A DNA stretch of 64,000 nt, taken from contig JAFGYD010000100.1 in the NCBI GenBank assembly GCA_016936295.1, positions 426 through 64,425 of the forward strand, given 5' to 3'. The notes under the pieces are model-generated. The model worked only from the letters and a program-made list of their open reading frames with translations. It did not search any database and was not told the DNA's origin. This stretch comes from Spirochaetales bacterium (GTDB taxonomy: Bacteria; Spirochaetota; Spirochaetia; DSM-2461). Shown here one piece after another: positions 39,198-49,231 of the stretch; the first letter of the stretch is position 1, and each line of letters starts with the position of its first letter. Position numbers and translations under genes: made by a program.

Positions 39198-40673
39198 TTG
39201 ATAACATACATAGTTTCACCAAAGAAGAGAAAATCACAAATTGATAAGAATATATACGGACACTTTTCCGAGCATTTGGGGCGGTGCATATATGAAGGAA
39301 TTTTTGTTGGAGAATCATCATCCATTCCAAATCATTACGGGATGAGAGACGATGTTGTAAATGCTTTAAAAAAAATTAAGATCCCGGTATTAAGATGGCC
39401 AGGAGGTTGTTTTGCAGATGAATACCACTGGAAGGATGGTATAGGGAAAAAAGAAGACCGTAAAAAAATGATAAATACACACTGGGGTGGTGTAGTTGAG
39501 GATAATAGCTTTGGAACCCACGAGTTTATGAAATTATGCGAGATCCTTGGTTGTGAACCCTATATTAATGGGAATGTTGGTAGTGGAACTGTTCAAGAGA
39601 TGGCTGAGTGGGTTGAATATATATCATTTGGTGGGATGTCCCCAATGTCGAACTTGCGGAAGGAAAATGGTCAAGAAAACCCATGGAAAATTAAATATTG
39701 GGGTATAGGTAATGAAAACTGGGGTTGTGGTGGAAATATGCGAGTGGAATATTACTCCGATTTGTATAGGCAGTTTGCAACTTATGTTAGAAATTTCGAT
39801 GGTAATAAAATATTTAAAATAGCCTGTGGACCTTCGGATGCCAACTATAACTGGACAAAGGTATTAATGGAAAATGCAGGTAATTTAACTGATGGTATAA
39901 CACTGCACTACTACACATTTACCAATGGCTGGAACGATAAGGGGTTTGCCCTGGTTATGAATGAATCCGACTTCTATAGCACATTACAAAAGACTCTGGT
40001 TATGGATGAGTTAGTTACAAAACACTCTGCTATAATGGATACATACGATCCTGAAAAAAGAGTTGCACTTATTGTTGATGAGTGGGGAACTTGGTTCGAT
40101 GTGGAGCCAGGGACAAATCCAGGGTTTTTGTATCAGCAAAATACTATGCGTGATGCCCTTGTTGCCGGTATTAATCTAAATATTTTTAATAAACACTCTG
40201 ATCGGGTAAGAATGGCAAATATAGCTCAGATGGTAAATGTTCTGCAATCAGTTATTTTAACAGAGGGTGAAAAAATGATTTTAACACCTACCTATCATGT
40301 TTTCGAAATGTATAGTGCTCATCAGGATGCTACATTAGTTGAAAGTTTTATTGATTCAGGAACTACAGGAACTAAGGATATTGTTGTTCCCGATGTTACA
40401 GAGTCCGCTTCTGTTGATGCTCTTGGAAATATAACTATGACTTTTTGTAACCTTGATATTCATAATGAAAAAGAGATAGAGACAACTCTTTTAGATTTTA
40501 ATTCAACAGATATTACAGGAGAGGTTTTAACAGGAGTAATGGATGCACACAATACATTTGCTAAACCAACAACTGTTGAAAAGAGTAGACTGAAAACTAT
40601 AAAAAAAACTAAAACTGGTTTTTTAGTTACACTTCCTCCATGTTCAATTGTTAAGGTTGTAGCAAAAGCATGA
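39198..40673 (+). CDS. abfA: Alpha-L-arabinofuranosidase, GH51
   Basis: [31 protein letters not shown] and MANIAQ. Confidence 0.93.
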   Translation: MITYIVSPKKRKSQIDKNIYGHFSEHLGRCIYEGIFVGESSSIPNHYGMRDDVVNALKKIKIPVLRWPGGCFADEYHWKDGIGKKEDRKKMINTHWGGVVEDNSFGTHEFMKLCEILGCEPYINGNVGSGTVQEMAEWVEYISFGGMSPMSNLRKENGQENPWKIKYWGIGNENWGCGGNMRVEYYSDLYRQFATYVRNFDGNKIFKIACGPSDANYNWTKVLMENAGNLTDGITLHYYTFTNGWNDKGFALVMNESDFYSTLQKTLVMDELVTKHSAIMDTYDPEKRVALIVDEWGTWFDVEPGTNPGFLYQQNTMRDALVAGINLNIFNKHSDRVRMANIAQMVNVLQSVILTEGEKMILTPTYHVFEMYSAHQDATLVESFIDSGTTGTKDIVVPDVTESASVDALGNITMTFCNLDIHNEKEIETTLLDFNSTDITGEVLTGVMDAHNTFAKPTTVEKSRLKTIKKTKTGFLVTLPPCSIVKVVAKA

Positions 40674-40921
40674 TTACCACCTGTAGAAGGTGTAATGAAA
40701 TACCTGGAGATGTTACATATGAAGAAGTTATTGAATTTATTAATAACCTGGATCCTATGATAAAAACTGACCAGTTAATTTATGAAAAGCGTCTTAAAAA
40801 TTGTGAGAAATGTGAAAAATTAAGTAATGGAATGTGTTCTTTTTGCGGGTGTTTTGTTCTAGTTAGAGCAGCTGTTAAAGAGATGAATTGTCCTTATCCC
40901 TATAATAATAAATGGGATTAA
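40670..40921 (+). CDS. Small Cys-rich protein (DUF6171-like)
   Basis: CRRC...YEKRL..CEKC...[11 protein letters not shown]...CP...KW. Coupled to abfA. Confidence 0.75.
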   Translation: MITTCRRCNEIPGDVTYEEVIEFINNLDPMIKTDQLIYEKRLKNCEKCEKLSNGMCSFCGCFVLVRAAVKEMNCPYPYNNKWD

Positions 40922-40929
40922 CTTGAACT

Positions 40930-40950
40930 GCGGGTTTTTACCCGCTTTTT
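40930..40950 (+). terminator. Intrinsic terminator
   Basis: GCGGGT-tttt-ACCCGC followed by a T-run. Confidence 0.8.
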
Positions 40951-41815
40951 ATTTTTTTCTAGTGAATTTAATCTCTCCAATAAAAAGACCACAAATAATT
41001 AATAACATTGCTATTAGTTTCTCTAAAGAAAATGGTAGTCCCTGTGTGTAATCAAGCAAAATAGCACTAGATAGCTGTCCTGTGTAAAGTAGTAATACAT
41101 AGGTTATAGGTTTAAGTTTTAATAATAGATAGCTACCTATAGATACAACAAAAATTGCAATGGAGCCTCCACCCAATACAAAGTGTAAAGGTACTTGTCC
41201 ACTAAAAACATTTGAAATTGAATCACCTAGTGGTATAAAAGTCATCATGAGCAATAGAATTGACAGTGCGCTTCCGTAATGTATTATTAGTGTCTTTTTA
41301 AAACCTATAGAGAGTATATTTTGACTATTCATATATGTTTGTATCATAACAAGCATTCCTGGAATCCATGATATAATTATCCAGTAAAATTCTATATTAC
41401 TTCTAAGCCCTATTATTGTTGCTCCGGGTATTACTAGTAATAAAGAGAGTATTTTCCCAATTGGTATTCTTTCTCCATTTTTGCTATGCTTTACTAGCTC
41501 CATAATCGAAGCCATCATTACTTGCCCTGCAAGTGTTCCGCCTAGTGTTAGGAGAACACCTCCCATTTTGAAAACAGTATTATTTAATGTTACAATTAAT
41601 ATCCCCATTATTCCTGCTAAAAGAAACCAATTACTCTTTTTCTCACGTTTTTTAGGAGTTTGTTGTTTTAAGAATGATAATGAAATAAGTATAAATCCTG
41701 TTGCGTGTATAAATAGTAATGATGGATAATTACCAATATAACTTTCAAGGGAGCCATTAAAAAAAATCATAAGAGATATGCATATCCCTGTTATAAGAGC
41801 CAGTATTATATTCAT
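40949..41815 (-). CDS. DMT-superfamily (duplicated YdcZ-like) membrane protein
   Basis: About 10 TMs in two repeats, each with NG/NS and GQ motifs. Confidence 0.75.
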   Translation of the reverse strand: MNIILALITGICISLMIFFNGSLESYIGNYPSLLFIHATGFILISLSFLKQQTPKKREKKSNWFLLAGIMGILIVTLNNTVFKMGGVLLTLGGTLAGQVMMASIMELVKHSKNGERIPIGKILSLLLVIPGATIIGLRSNIEFYWIIISWIPGMLVMIQTYMNSQNILSIGFKKTLIIHYGSALSILLLMMTFIPLGDSISNVFSGQVPLHFVLGGGSIAIFVVSIGSYLLLKLKPITYVLLLYTGQLSSAILLDYTQGLPFSLEKLIAMLLIICGLFIGEIKFTRKK

Positions 41816-42020
41816 AAATTGGATACCATATAGTTCCAGATTTTTATACAGTAAAGTATTGGCATATGATCATTTATCTCAGAAGGTAATATTGGGAAGT
41901 TTTTGGGGTTTGGAAGCTCTTTATTCATGATTTAAACTATAAAGCCTGTAGGATATATTGGCTAGATCAATTTTGAATTTTATAAATAATTAAAAAATAA
42001 CTAAAAAAGAAAAATTTAAA

Positions 42021-42089
42021 TTGACAAGCACCAAATCTGTGGTATTTTTAAATGGTACCGTTACCGGAAACGTTCCCAGTAACGATACC
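42021..42089 (+). promoter_or_regulatory. sigma70 promoter followed by three tandem 12-bp LacI-type operator-like palindromes
   Basis: TTGACA-N16-TATTTT with a TG extension, then GGTACCGTTACC, GGAAACGTTCCC and AGTAACGATACC. Confidence 0.7.
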
Positions 42090-42106
42090 AAAGCAGGAGG
42101 ATTATT

Positions 42107-43129
42107 ATTCGAAATACTAACATAAAGGATGTAGCAAAAAAGGCCGGTGTAGCAGTTAGTACTGTTTCCAGGGTTATAAATAACCATTCCGATGTTAGTA
42201 AAGAGACTAAAGAACATGTTTTGTCCATTATTAAGGAGTTAAACTATATCCCTAATAATAGTGCTAGAAATCTTAAAAGATCCAGTTCTAAAAGCATAGG
42301 TATTTTTGTTTTGGGGCAATACAATCTCTTTTTTGCAGAGATTATAGAGGTTATAGAGCACGAGGTATCGTTAAAGGGCTATTCTGCTGTAATTCACTTT
42401 CATCAGAACCCTAAAAATGCTGTTGAATCAGCAGCACAATTTGTTTTGGAAAAAAAACTTGCCGGACTTATTTATTTGGGAGGGGTAATTTCTAAAAAAG
42501 ATGAAGGTTATATTAAAAGGGTAGATGTTCCTGTTGTTTTTTCTTCAACTATTGTTGAGGAAGATGTTGATATGAATCTTTTTTCCAGTGTTGGAATAAA
42601 TGAAAAAACTGCTGTAAACGAAGTGATTAACTACTTAGTAGGTTTAGGGCACAAAAAAATTGCTTTAATTACAGAGGATAAAGAGGAACGGGGTGCTGCT
42701 CAGGAGCGGTTTGAAGTTTATAAAAGCGCTTTAAAAAATAATGGAATAGAGTATCGAAGTAACTATATAGAAGTAGGAGATTTTTCTATAAAATCCGGTT
42801 TTGAATGTATGAAAAGACTTCTTAAAAATAATAGTGATATTACTGCTGTGTTTGCAGTAAATGATTTAATGGCAATAGGTGCTATAAAAGCAGTTTATTC
42901 AGAGGGATTAATAGTTCCACAGAATATTTCTGTTGTTGGATTTGATGGTTTAGAGTTTGGAGAGTATTATCAACCATCCTTAACAACAGTAAAGCAACCG
43001 AGTAGTGAATTTGGGAAAATCAGTACCAGTTTACTTTTTAATCTAGTTGAAACAGATTCGGCTAGTGAACATATAATTCTTGACACTAAATTCACTATTC
43101 GTGAATCGTGTCAAAAAATAATTAGGTAA
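42107..43129 (+). CDS. LacI-family regulator, probable ATT start
   Basis: In-frame extension IRNTNIKDVAKKAGVAVSTVSRVINN supplies the HTH. AGGAGG at 42095-42100. C-terminal SVVGFDG and PSLTTV. Confidence 0.88.
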   Translation: MRNTNIKDVAKKAGVAVSTVSRVINNHSDVSKETKEHVLSIIKELNYIPNNSARNLKRSSSKSIGIFVLGQYNLFFAEIIEVIEHEVSLKGYSAVIHFHQNPKNAVESAAQFVLEKKLAGLIYLGGVISKKDEGYIKRVDVPVVFSSTIVEEDVDMNLFSSVGINEKTAVNEVINYLVGLGHKKIALITEDKEERGAAQERFEVYKSALKNNGIEYRSNYIEVGDFSIKSGFECMKRLLKNNSDITAVFAVNDLMAIGAIKAVYSEGLIVPQNISVVGFDGLEFGEYYQPSLTTVKQPSSEFGKISTSLLFNLVETDSASEHIILDTKFTIRESCQKIIR

Positions 43130-43171
43130 TAACCCTAGGGTTAATATAAAAAAATAAGACGGAGAGACAAA

Positions 43172-44479
43172 ATGAAGAGAGTAAGTACTTTATTGTTTTT
43201 TGTGCTAGCGCTTGCATTAAGTGTAAATGCTAATTCAAACAAAGAAGCTTCTGCTAAAGATGTGGTAGAAGTTAACATTTTTCAGTTCAAGGTAGAAATT
43301 GCTGCTGAGTTAGATGCAGCTGCAAGATTATACGAATCTACACACCCTGGTGTAAAGATTGTTATTGAAACTGTTGGTGGTGGTGATGATTATGGTGCGG
43401 CTTTAAGAGCAAAAAACGCTTCAGGAAACATGGCTGATATTTATAATATTGGTGGTCCACAAGATGTAAAAGATTGGATGACAATGTTAGAAGATTTATC
43501 TGACCAACCATGGGTAAGTTCAGCAATGGATGGGATCCTTTCTGGTGTAACTGTTGATAATAAAATTTATGGTCTACCATTTAACATGGAAGGATACGGT
43601 TTTGCATATAACAAAAGAATTTTTAAAGATGCAGGAATTGATGCATCAAAAATTGTTGATTTTAAATCTTTAGAGGCAGCTGCAGCCGCTTTAGATCAAA
43701 AAATCAAAAGTGGTGCTTTAGCTGATAAATACCCTCTACTCGAAGCTGTATTCGAATATGCTGCAAAAGAAACTTGGGTAACTGGTTTACATACTTCAAA
43801 CCTTGCATTATCTCCTGAGTTAGGAAATGTTATTGCTGCTGCTGATGCAAAAACAATTGATTTTAAATATGCTGATGGATTAAAAAAATTATTAGATCTA
43901 CAAGCTAAATACTCATCAAGTGCAGATAAACCATCACTATTAAATGCTGTTGACTACTCAACACAAGTTGATACTGGTTTAGCAATTGAAAGAGTTGCAA
44001 TTATTCAACAAGGTAACTGGATTTACGGTGGTGTAAGTGCTGTAGATAAAGAAGTAGCTGATAACCTTGGTTTCTTACCAATGCCAATTGTTGGAGCTAA
44101 AGAGGATTCAATTGCTGTAGGTGTTCCAATGCACTGGTCAATTAACTCAAAAGCTGAAGCTGCAGATAAAGCGGCAGCTAAGGATTTCCTTAACTGGTTA
44201 TATACATCAGAAGCTGGTAAAGATATTGTTGTAAACAAATTCTTCTTTATTCCACCTTTAAAAGGATATGATGCTTACCCGGTAAAAGATGCTTTAGGTC
44301 AATCTATAATGGCGTTTGCTGCACAAGGAAAAACAGTTCCTTGGGTTTTTATGGGTTATCCTACAGATTGGGGTATGAGTACTTTAGGTGTTAAAATTCA
44401 AGCTTACTATGCTGGTGAATTAACATGGGATAAGGTAGTTGCCGAATCTAAAACAGAGTGGGAATTATCTAGAAAATAG
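43172..44479 (+). CDS. Oligosaccharide ABC substrate-binding protein (CUT1)
   Basis: Signal peptide, FQFKVEI, YGLPFNMEGYG and QQGNW. Confidence 0.92.
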   Translation: MKRVSTLLFFVLALALSVNANSNKEASAKDVVEVNIFQFKVEIAAELDAAARLYESTHPGVKIVIETVGGGDDYGAALRAKNASGNMADIYNIGGPQDVKDWMTMLEDLSDQPWVSSAMDGILSGVTVDNKIYGLPFNMEGYGFAYNKRIFKDAGIDASKIVDFKSLEAAAAALDQKIKSGALADKYPLLEAVFEYAAKETWVTGLHTSNLALSPELGNVIAAADAKTIDFKYADGLKKLLDLQAKYSSSADKPSLLNAVDYSTQVDTGLAIERVAIIQQGNWIYGGVSAVDKEVADNLGFLPMPIVGAKEDSIAVGVPMHWSINSKAEAADKAAAKDFLNWLYTSEAGKDIVVNKFFFIPPLKGYDAYPVKDALGQSIMAFAAQGKTVPWVFMGYPTDWGMSTLGVKIQAYYAGELTWDKVVAESKTEWELSRK

Positions 44480-44494
44480 ATTTTCTTTAAGGTT

Positions 44495-44526
44495 TCAGGG
44501 AAGTTTGTCTTCCCTGATTTTTTCTT
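44495..44526 (+). terminator. Intercistronic stem-loop after the binding-protein gene
   Basis: TCAGGGAAG-tttgt-CTTCCCTGA followed by a T-run. Confidence 0.75.
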
Positions 44527-44544
44527 TAACAAAAAGAGGTATGA

Positions 44545-45450
44545 ATGAAAAAGTCAAAATTGTCTTTTGGACTGTTTGTTGCCCCAAGCTTAATAGCATT
44601 TTTTATAGTTGTTATTATTCCTACAATTAGTGGAGTATTAATGTCATTTACTAACTGGAATGGAATTGATAATAATCCTGAATTTGTCGGGCTTTCAAAT
44701 TATGTAAAAGTATTTACATTAGACATGGTTAAAACTAATTTTTTAACTGTGGAATTTGAGATGCCTAGATTTGTTAATGTTTTTTTATTTACAGCACAAT
44801 TTGCTGTAGTATCTGTTCTTCTTATAAATTTTTTTGGTTTTAGTCTTGCACTTCTAGTAACAAGAGGACTAAAAGGTAGTAATTTACTTCGAAGTATATT
44901 TTTTATACCAAATCTAATTGGTGGTTTAATTCTTGGATTTTTATGGCAATTTATTTTTACAAAGGTATTTAATAATATTGGGAATGTCCTTGGAATTGAG
45001 TTTTTAAAAGGGTGGTTATCCACAACTTCCACAGGTTTTTGGGGTCTTGTTATCCTGCTTTCATGGCAAATGTCAGGTTATATGATGATTATTTATATTG
45101 CCGCTATTCAAAATATTCCTACATCTTTATTCGAAGCTGCAGATTTAGATGGTGCTAACTTTTTTCAGAAGATGAAAAACATAATAATGCCATTAGTAGC
45201 ACAGGCTTTTACAGTAGGACTATTTTTAACACTATCAAATTCTTTTAAATTATTTGATCAAAATCTAGCGTTAACAAATGGAGGGCCATATCTGTCAACT
45301 CAGATGTTAGCCTTAAATATATATAGAACAGCATTTATGCAACAGGACTTTGGTCAGGGACAAGCTAAAGCAGTACTATTTTTAATAGCTGTTGCGGCTA
45401 TAACATTAACTCAAATGTCTATAAGTAAAAAGAAGGAGGTAGAGTACTAA
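44545..45450 (+). CDS. Carbohydrate ABC permease (MalF/MsmF type)
   Basis: EAADLDGA motif and multiple TMs. Confidence 0.92.
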   Translation: MKKSKLSFGLFVAPSLIAFFIVVIIPTISGVLMSFTNWNGIDNNPEFVGLSNYVKVFTLDMVKTNFLTVEFEMPRFVNVFLFTAQFAVVSVLLINFFGFSLALLVTRGLKGSNLLRSIFFIPNLIGGLILGFLWQFIFTKVFNNIGNVLGIEFLKGWLSTTSTGFWGLVILLSWQMSGYMMIIYIAAIQNIPTSLFEAADLDGANFFQKMKNIIMPLVAQAFTVGLFLTLSNSFKLFDQNLALTNGGPYLSTQMLALNIYRTAFMQQDFGQGQAKAVLFLIAVAAITLTQMSISKKKEVEY

Positions 45451-46274
45451 TGAATTCCAAAAAAAATACAATTATTTTAACAATAGTGGGAATTTTACTA
45501 GCAATAATTTTCTTATCTCCATTTTACATTGTGGTTGTAAACTCTTTTAAAACCATGAAGGGAATCTTTATAGACACAATGGGATTACCATTTGGTAAAT
45601 ACTTCGATTTTGGGAATTACCCAATAGCATTTGAAAGACTGGACTTTTTATCAGCTTTTAAAAATTCACTTATTATTACTATTTTTAGTACTGTATTAAT
45701 AGTTTTGTTTGCATCAATGTCTGCATGGCAATTAGTAAGAACAAAAACATGGTATAGTAATCTAATTTTTATGCTATTTGCTGCCTCAATGCTTATTCCA
45801 TTCCAATCTGTGATGTTGCCTTTGGTTAGCTTAATGGGGAAATTGCAATTTTTAAATCCAGCAGGTCTAGTTTTTATGTATATAGGGTTTGGGTCTAGTC
45901 TCTCTATTATACTTTACCATGGGTTTGTAAAAAATGTTCCATTGGAATTAGAGGAAGCGGCAACTATAGATGGGTGTAATATTGTTCAAACCTATGGGAT
46001 AGTTGTATTTCCGTTATTGAAGCCTATAACTGTTACTGTTAGTATTTTAAATATTATGTGGATTTGGAACGATTTCCTATTACCACAATTAACAATAAAT
46101 AAACCTGAATGGGCAACAATTCCTTTAAAAATGTTCTTCTTTTTTGGGCAATATTCAAAACAGTGGCATTTAGCTCTAGCAGGTTTATTAATATCTATGT
46201 TACCGGTTGTTGTATTCTACTTTTTTGCCCAAAAGCAGATTGTACAGGGAGTTATGGCTGGTTCTATAAAATAG
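45450..46274 (+). CDS. Carbohydrate ABC permease (MalG/MsmG type)
   Basis: LEEAATIDG, WNDFL and GSIK. Confidence 0.92.
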   Translation: MNSKKNTIILTIVGILLAIIFLSPFYIVVVNSFKTMKGIFIDTMGLPFGKYFDFGNYPIAFERLDFLSAFKNSLIITIFSTVLIVLFASMSAWQLVRTKTWYSNLIFMLFAASMLIPFQSVMLPLVSLMGKLQFLNPAGLVFMYIGFGSSLSIILYHGFVKNVPLELEEAATIDGCNIVQTYGIVVFPLLKPITVTVSILNIMWIWNDFLLPQLTINKPEWATIPLKMFFFFGQYSKQWHLALAGLLISMLPVVVFYFFAQKQIVQGVMAGSIK

Positions 46275-46284
46275 GGGGAGTACA

Positions 46285-48420
46285 ATGAATAAAATAGATA
46301 TAGGAACACCGTTTAATACACAGGCAATAATAAACTTTGAAGGTATAAGAAATACTAAAATATCAGATCTACCCCAATTTCTTAAAGTCGAAATTACCCA
46401 GGGTTTTAAGATATCATTTAAAATGGATCGAAAGGATATTGTTTATGGTTTAGGTGAGAATGTTAGGGGAATTAATAAGAGGGGAGGGATCTATGAATCT
46501 TTCTGTTCCGATGATTTTACACATACTCCTGACAAAAAATCACTTTATGCTGCACATAATTTTTTAGTTGTTGATGGGGATACAAATTTTGGTTTATTTA
46601 TAGATCATCCGGGACTAGTGACTTTTGATATTGGTTATACACACAAAGATGAGCTGGTAATAAGCGGCGATAATCCTAATTTTTCACTCTATTTTATTCC
46701 AGGTGATTCTTCACTCTCTATTACAAAGAAATTTAGAACTGCAATAGGTCTTTCGTTTATACCTCCCAAATGGGCCTTTGGATATCAACAAAGTAGGTGG
46801 AGTTATCCCGACGCTGAGTCTATTGAAAATATTGGGAAAGAGTTTAGAAACAATGAAATCCCGTGTGATACTATCTATCTGGATATAGATTATATGGAGG
46901 ATTTTAAGAATTTTACTGTTGATAACAGTAAATTTCCTAATTTCAAAGAATTTGTAGCTAAAATGAAAGGAATGGGAATTCGGTTAATTCCAATAATTGA
47001 TGCTGGATGCAAAATTGAAAAAGGTTATCCAATTTATGAAGAGGGTATTGAAAAAGGGTATTACTGCGTAGATAAGGAAGGAAAACCATTTGTTGGGGCT
47101 GTTTGGCCGGGGAAAGTTCATTTCCCAGACTTTTTAAACGAAAATGTAGGGAGATGGTTTGGGCAAAAGTATGACTTTTTAATTAATCAGGGTATAGAGG
47201 GCTTTTGGAATGATATGAATGAGCCGGCTATTTTCTATTCTGAAGCAGGGCTTAAAAAAGCTATGGATAAAGTAACTTCCATGGCAGGACAGAATCTTGA
47301 TATCTACTCCTTTTTTGACCTTAAATCTACAATGGAATCAATCTCAAATAATATAGATGATTATAAAAGTTTTTATCACAATGTTAACGGAAAACTAATT
47401 AATCACTATGATTTACATAACTTATATGGGTATTTTATGACAAAATCAGCTGGAGAAAGTTTTATCAATAACCATCCAGATAAAAGAATTCTTCTGTTTT
47501 CTAGAGCTTCCTATGTTGGGATGCATAGATATGGAGGGATTTGGACAGGTGATAATAAATCCTGGTGGGAACATCTATTACTTAATATTCAAATGATGCC
47601 TTCTGTTAATATGGAAGGGTTTTTATACAGCGGTGCGGATGTTGGAGGTTTTGGAAGTAATTCCGACTCTGAATTAGTTACCAGGTGGACTCAATTTGGG
47701 ATTTTTACTCCACTTTTTAGAAATCATGCAGCACTTGGAACCAGAAAACAGGAACCATTCTCTTTTGATATTGGAACAACTAATATTATTAAAAATACTA
47801 TTCAGTTAAGATATGCTTTAATTCCTTATATCTATTCCGAATATATGAAAGCTGCACTAAATAATGATATGTATTTTAAACCTTTAGGTTTTGTCTATAC
47901 AAGCGAACAGTCGAAACGGATTGAAGATCAACTTCTAGTAGGTGATTCAATAATGGTTGCTCCTGTTTATACTCCAAACTCTTTTGGAAGAAATGTATGG
48001 GTGCCGGAAGATATGCTTTTATGGAAAGTTAAAACCTATAAAAATAGAAACTTTGAAGTTGTAAAAGAAGGGTTTAAGTATATCGATTTAGAGCTGGATG
48101 AAACACCTATTTTTATACGGAAGAATAAAATGTTGGTTGTTGGAAATCATGGTAATTTTGTTAGTGAAATAGATAATAGTGTGATAACATTAATTGCCTA
48201 TACCGATGATGAGGCAAGTTATGAATTATATGATGATGATGGAGTTACACACAAGTTTAGAAATGGTGAATTTTCTAAATCGGTTTTAAAAATTACTGCC
48301 AATGGTGATAACAACTACTCCCTTTCTGTAAAAGGCGAAGTAATTGGAGTAAAGACTATAAACTATATTGTTGTAAATAGTTTGGGGGCGGTATATGAAG
48401 GAAATTACTCTATAGAATAA
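46285..48420 (+). CDS. GH31 alpha-glucosidase
   Basis: YQQSRWSY, LDIDYM, WNDMNEP, WTGDN, GADVGGF and FRNH. Confidence 0.92.
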   Translation: MNKIDIGTPFNTQAIINFEGIRNTKISDLPQFLKVEITQGFKISFKMDRKDIVYGLGENVRGINKRGGIYESFCSDDFTHTPDKKSLYAAHNFLVVDGDTNFGLFIDHPGLVTFDIGYTHKDELVISGDNPNFSLYFIPGDSSLSITKKFRTAIGLSFIPPKWAFGYQQSRWSYPDAESIENIGKEFRNNEIPCDTIYLDIDYMEDFKNFTVDNSKFPNFKEFVAKMKGMGIRLIPIIDAGCKIEKGYPIYEEGIEKGYYCVDKEGKPFVGAVWPGKVHFPDFLNENVGRWFGQKYDFLINQGIEGFWNDMNEPAIFYSEAGLKKAMDKVTSMAGQNLDIYSFFDLKSTMESISNNIDDYKSFYHNVNGKLINHYDLHNLYGYFMTKSAGESFINNHPDKRILLFSRASYVGMHRYGGIWTGDNKSWWEHLLLNIQMMPSVNMEGFLYSGADVGGFGSNSDSELVTRWTQFGIFTPLFRNHAALGTRKQEPFSFDIGTTNIIKNTIQLRYALIPYIYSEYMKAALNNDMYFKPLGFVYTSEQSKRIEDQLLVGDSIMVAPVYTPNSFGRNVWVPEDMLLWKVKTYKNRNFEVVKEGFKYIDLELDETPIFIRKNKMLVVGNHGNFVSEIDNSVITLIAYTDDEASYELYDDDGVTHKFRNGEFSKSVLKITANGDNNYSLSVKGEVIGVKTINYIVVNSLGAVYEGNYSIE

Positions 48421-49231
48421 TTTCCGATTCTTCCTCTACTCCAAAACAGTTTATTGTTTTCTGGTATTTTGCTACTAACGAGTCTAAATCTTCGTCTGTT
48501 CTATCAACATCGTGGTGGCAAAATCCCAATCTCTTTACATTGGCAGCAAGACCTAAACTAACTGTCATATCAAAAGTGGAATGACCCCAACCCTTAGTTA
48601 TTTTATACTGCTCATCTGTATATTGTGCATCGTGAAATAGAAGATCAGCATCTTTGCAAAAATCTCTAAACTCATCAAAGCTTGGGCCATTTTTATGATG
48701 ATGTCCTAACTCGTTATCCGTTAAAAAAACAAACACCTTTCCATCCTCAATAAACTTATATCCAAAACCACCATCGGGGTGATTTAGATTTATTGAATGA
48801 ATTTCTATAGGGTCGTTTTCAAGTATTTTGGGGGTTGATCGTTTAAAATCAAACTCAGCTTGTAGCAACTTAAAATCTACTGGGAAGTAGGGAGGCTCCA
48901 TTTGATGACGTAAATACTTATGCAGTGATTTTTTTGCAAATTTTCCACCCCTTACATATATTTTAAATCTATCAAAATACGCTGGAATAAAAAAGGGGAA
49001 GCCCATTAGGTGGTCCCAATGTGCATGGGTTAGTAGCAGTACCATCTCTTTAGGGTAATTACTTTTTATTATTCGTTTACCAAGCAGTCTTAATCCTGAA
49101 CCTGCATCTATAATGATTGTATTACCAGCATTTGTTGTTAACTCTATGCAAGTTGTATTTCCACCATATTTTACACCTTGTTTTCCAGGTGTAGGCAATG
49201 ACCCTCTAACACCCCAACTTTTAATTTTCAT
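48410..49231 (-). CDS. Metallo-beta-lactamase-fold hydrolase (RNase Z/phosphodiesterase-like)
   Basis: WGVRGS, YGGNTTC, THAHWDH, TDNE, DAQY, WGHS and HHD. Confidence 0.9.
   Translation of the reverse strand: MKIKSWGVRGSLPTPGKQGVKYGGNTTCIELTTNAGNTIIIDAGSGLRLLGKRIIKSNYPKEMVLLLTHAHWDHLMGFPFFIPAYFDRFKIYVRGGKFAKKSLHKYLRHQMEPPYFPVDFKLLQAEFDFKRSTPKILENDPIEIHSINLNHPDGGFGYKFIEDGKVFVFLTDNELGHHHKNGPSFDEFRDFCKDADLLFHDAQYTDEQYKITKGWGHSTFDMTVSLGLAANVKRLGFCHHDVDRTDEDLDSLVAKYQKTINCFGVEEESEIIL

Noticed and set aside
41859-41876. TTGGCAT as a second sigma54 promoter
   Set aside because: There is no TGC at the -12 position.
41990-42217. 75-aa minus-strand ORF over the lacI promoter
   Set aside because: It is antisense to the LacI HTH extension and operator region, with no support as a gene.
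43172-46274. CUT1 ABC operon lacking an ATPase gene
   Set aside because: This is normal, since such systems commonly share a MsmK/MalK-type ATPase encoded elsewhere.
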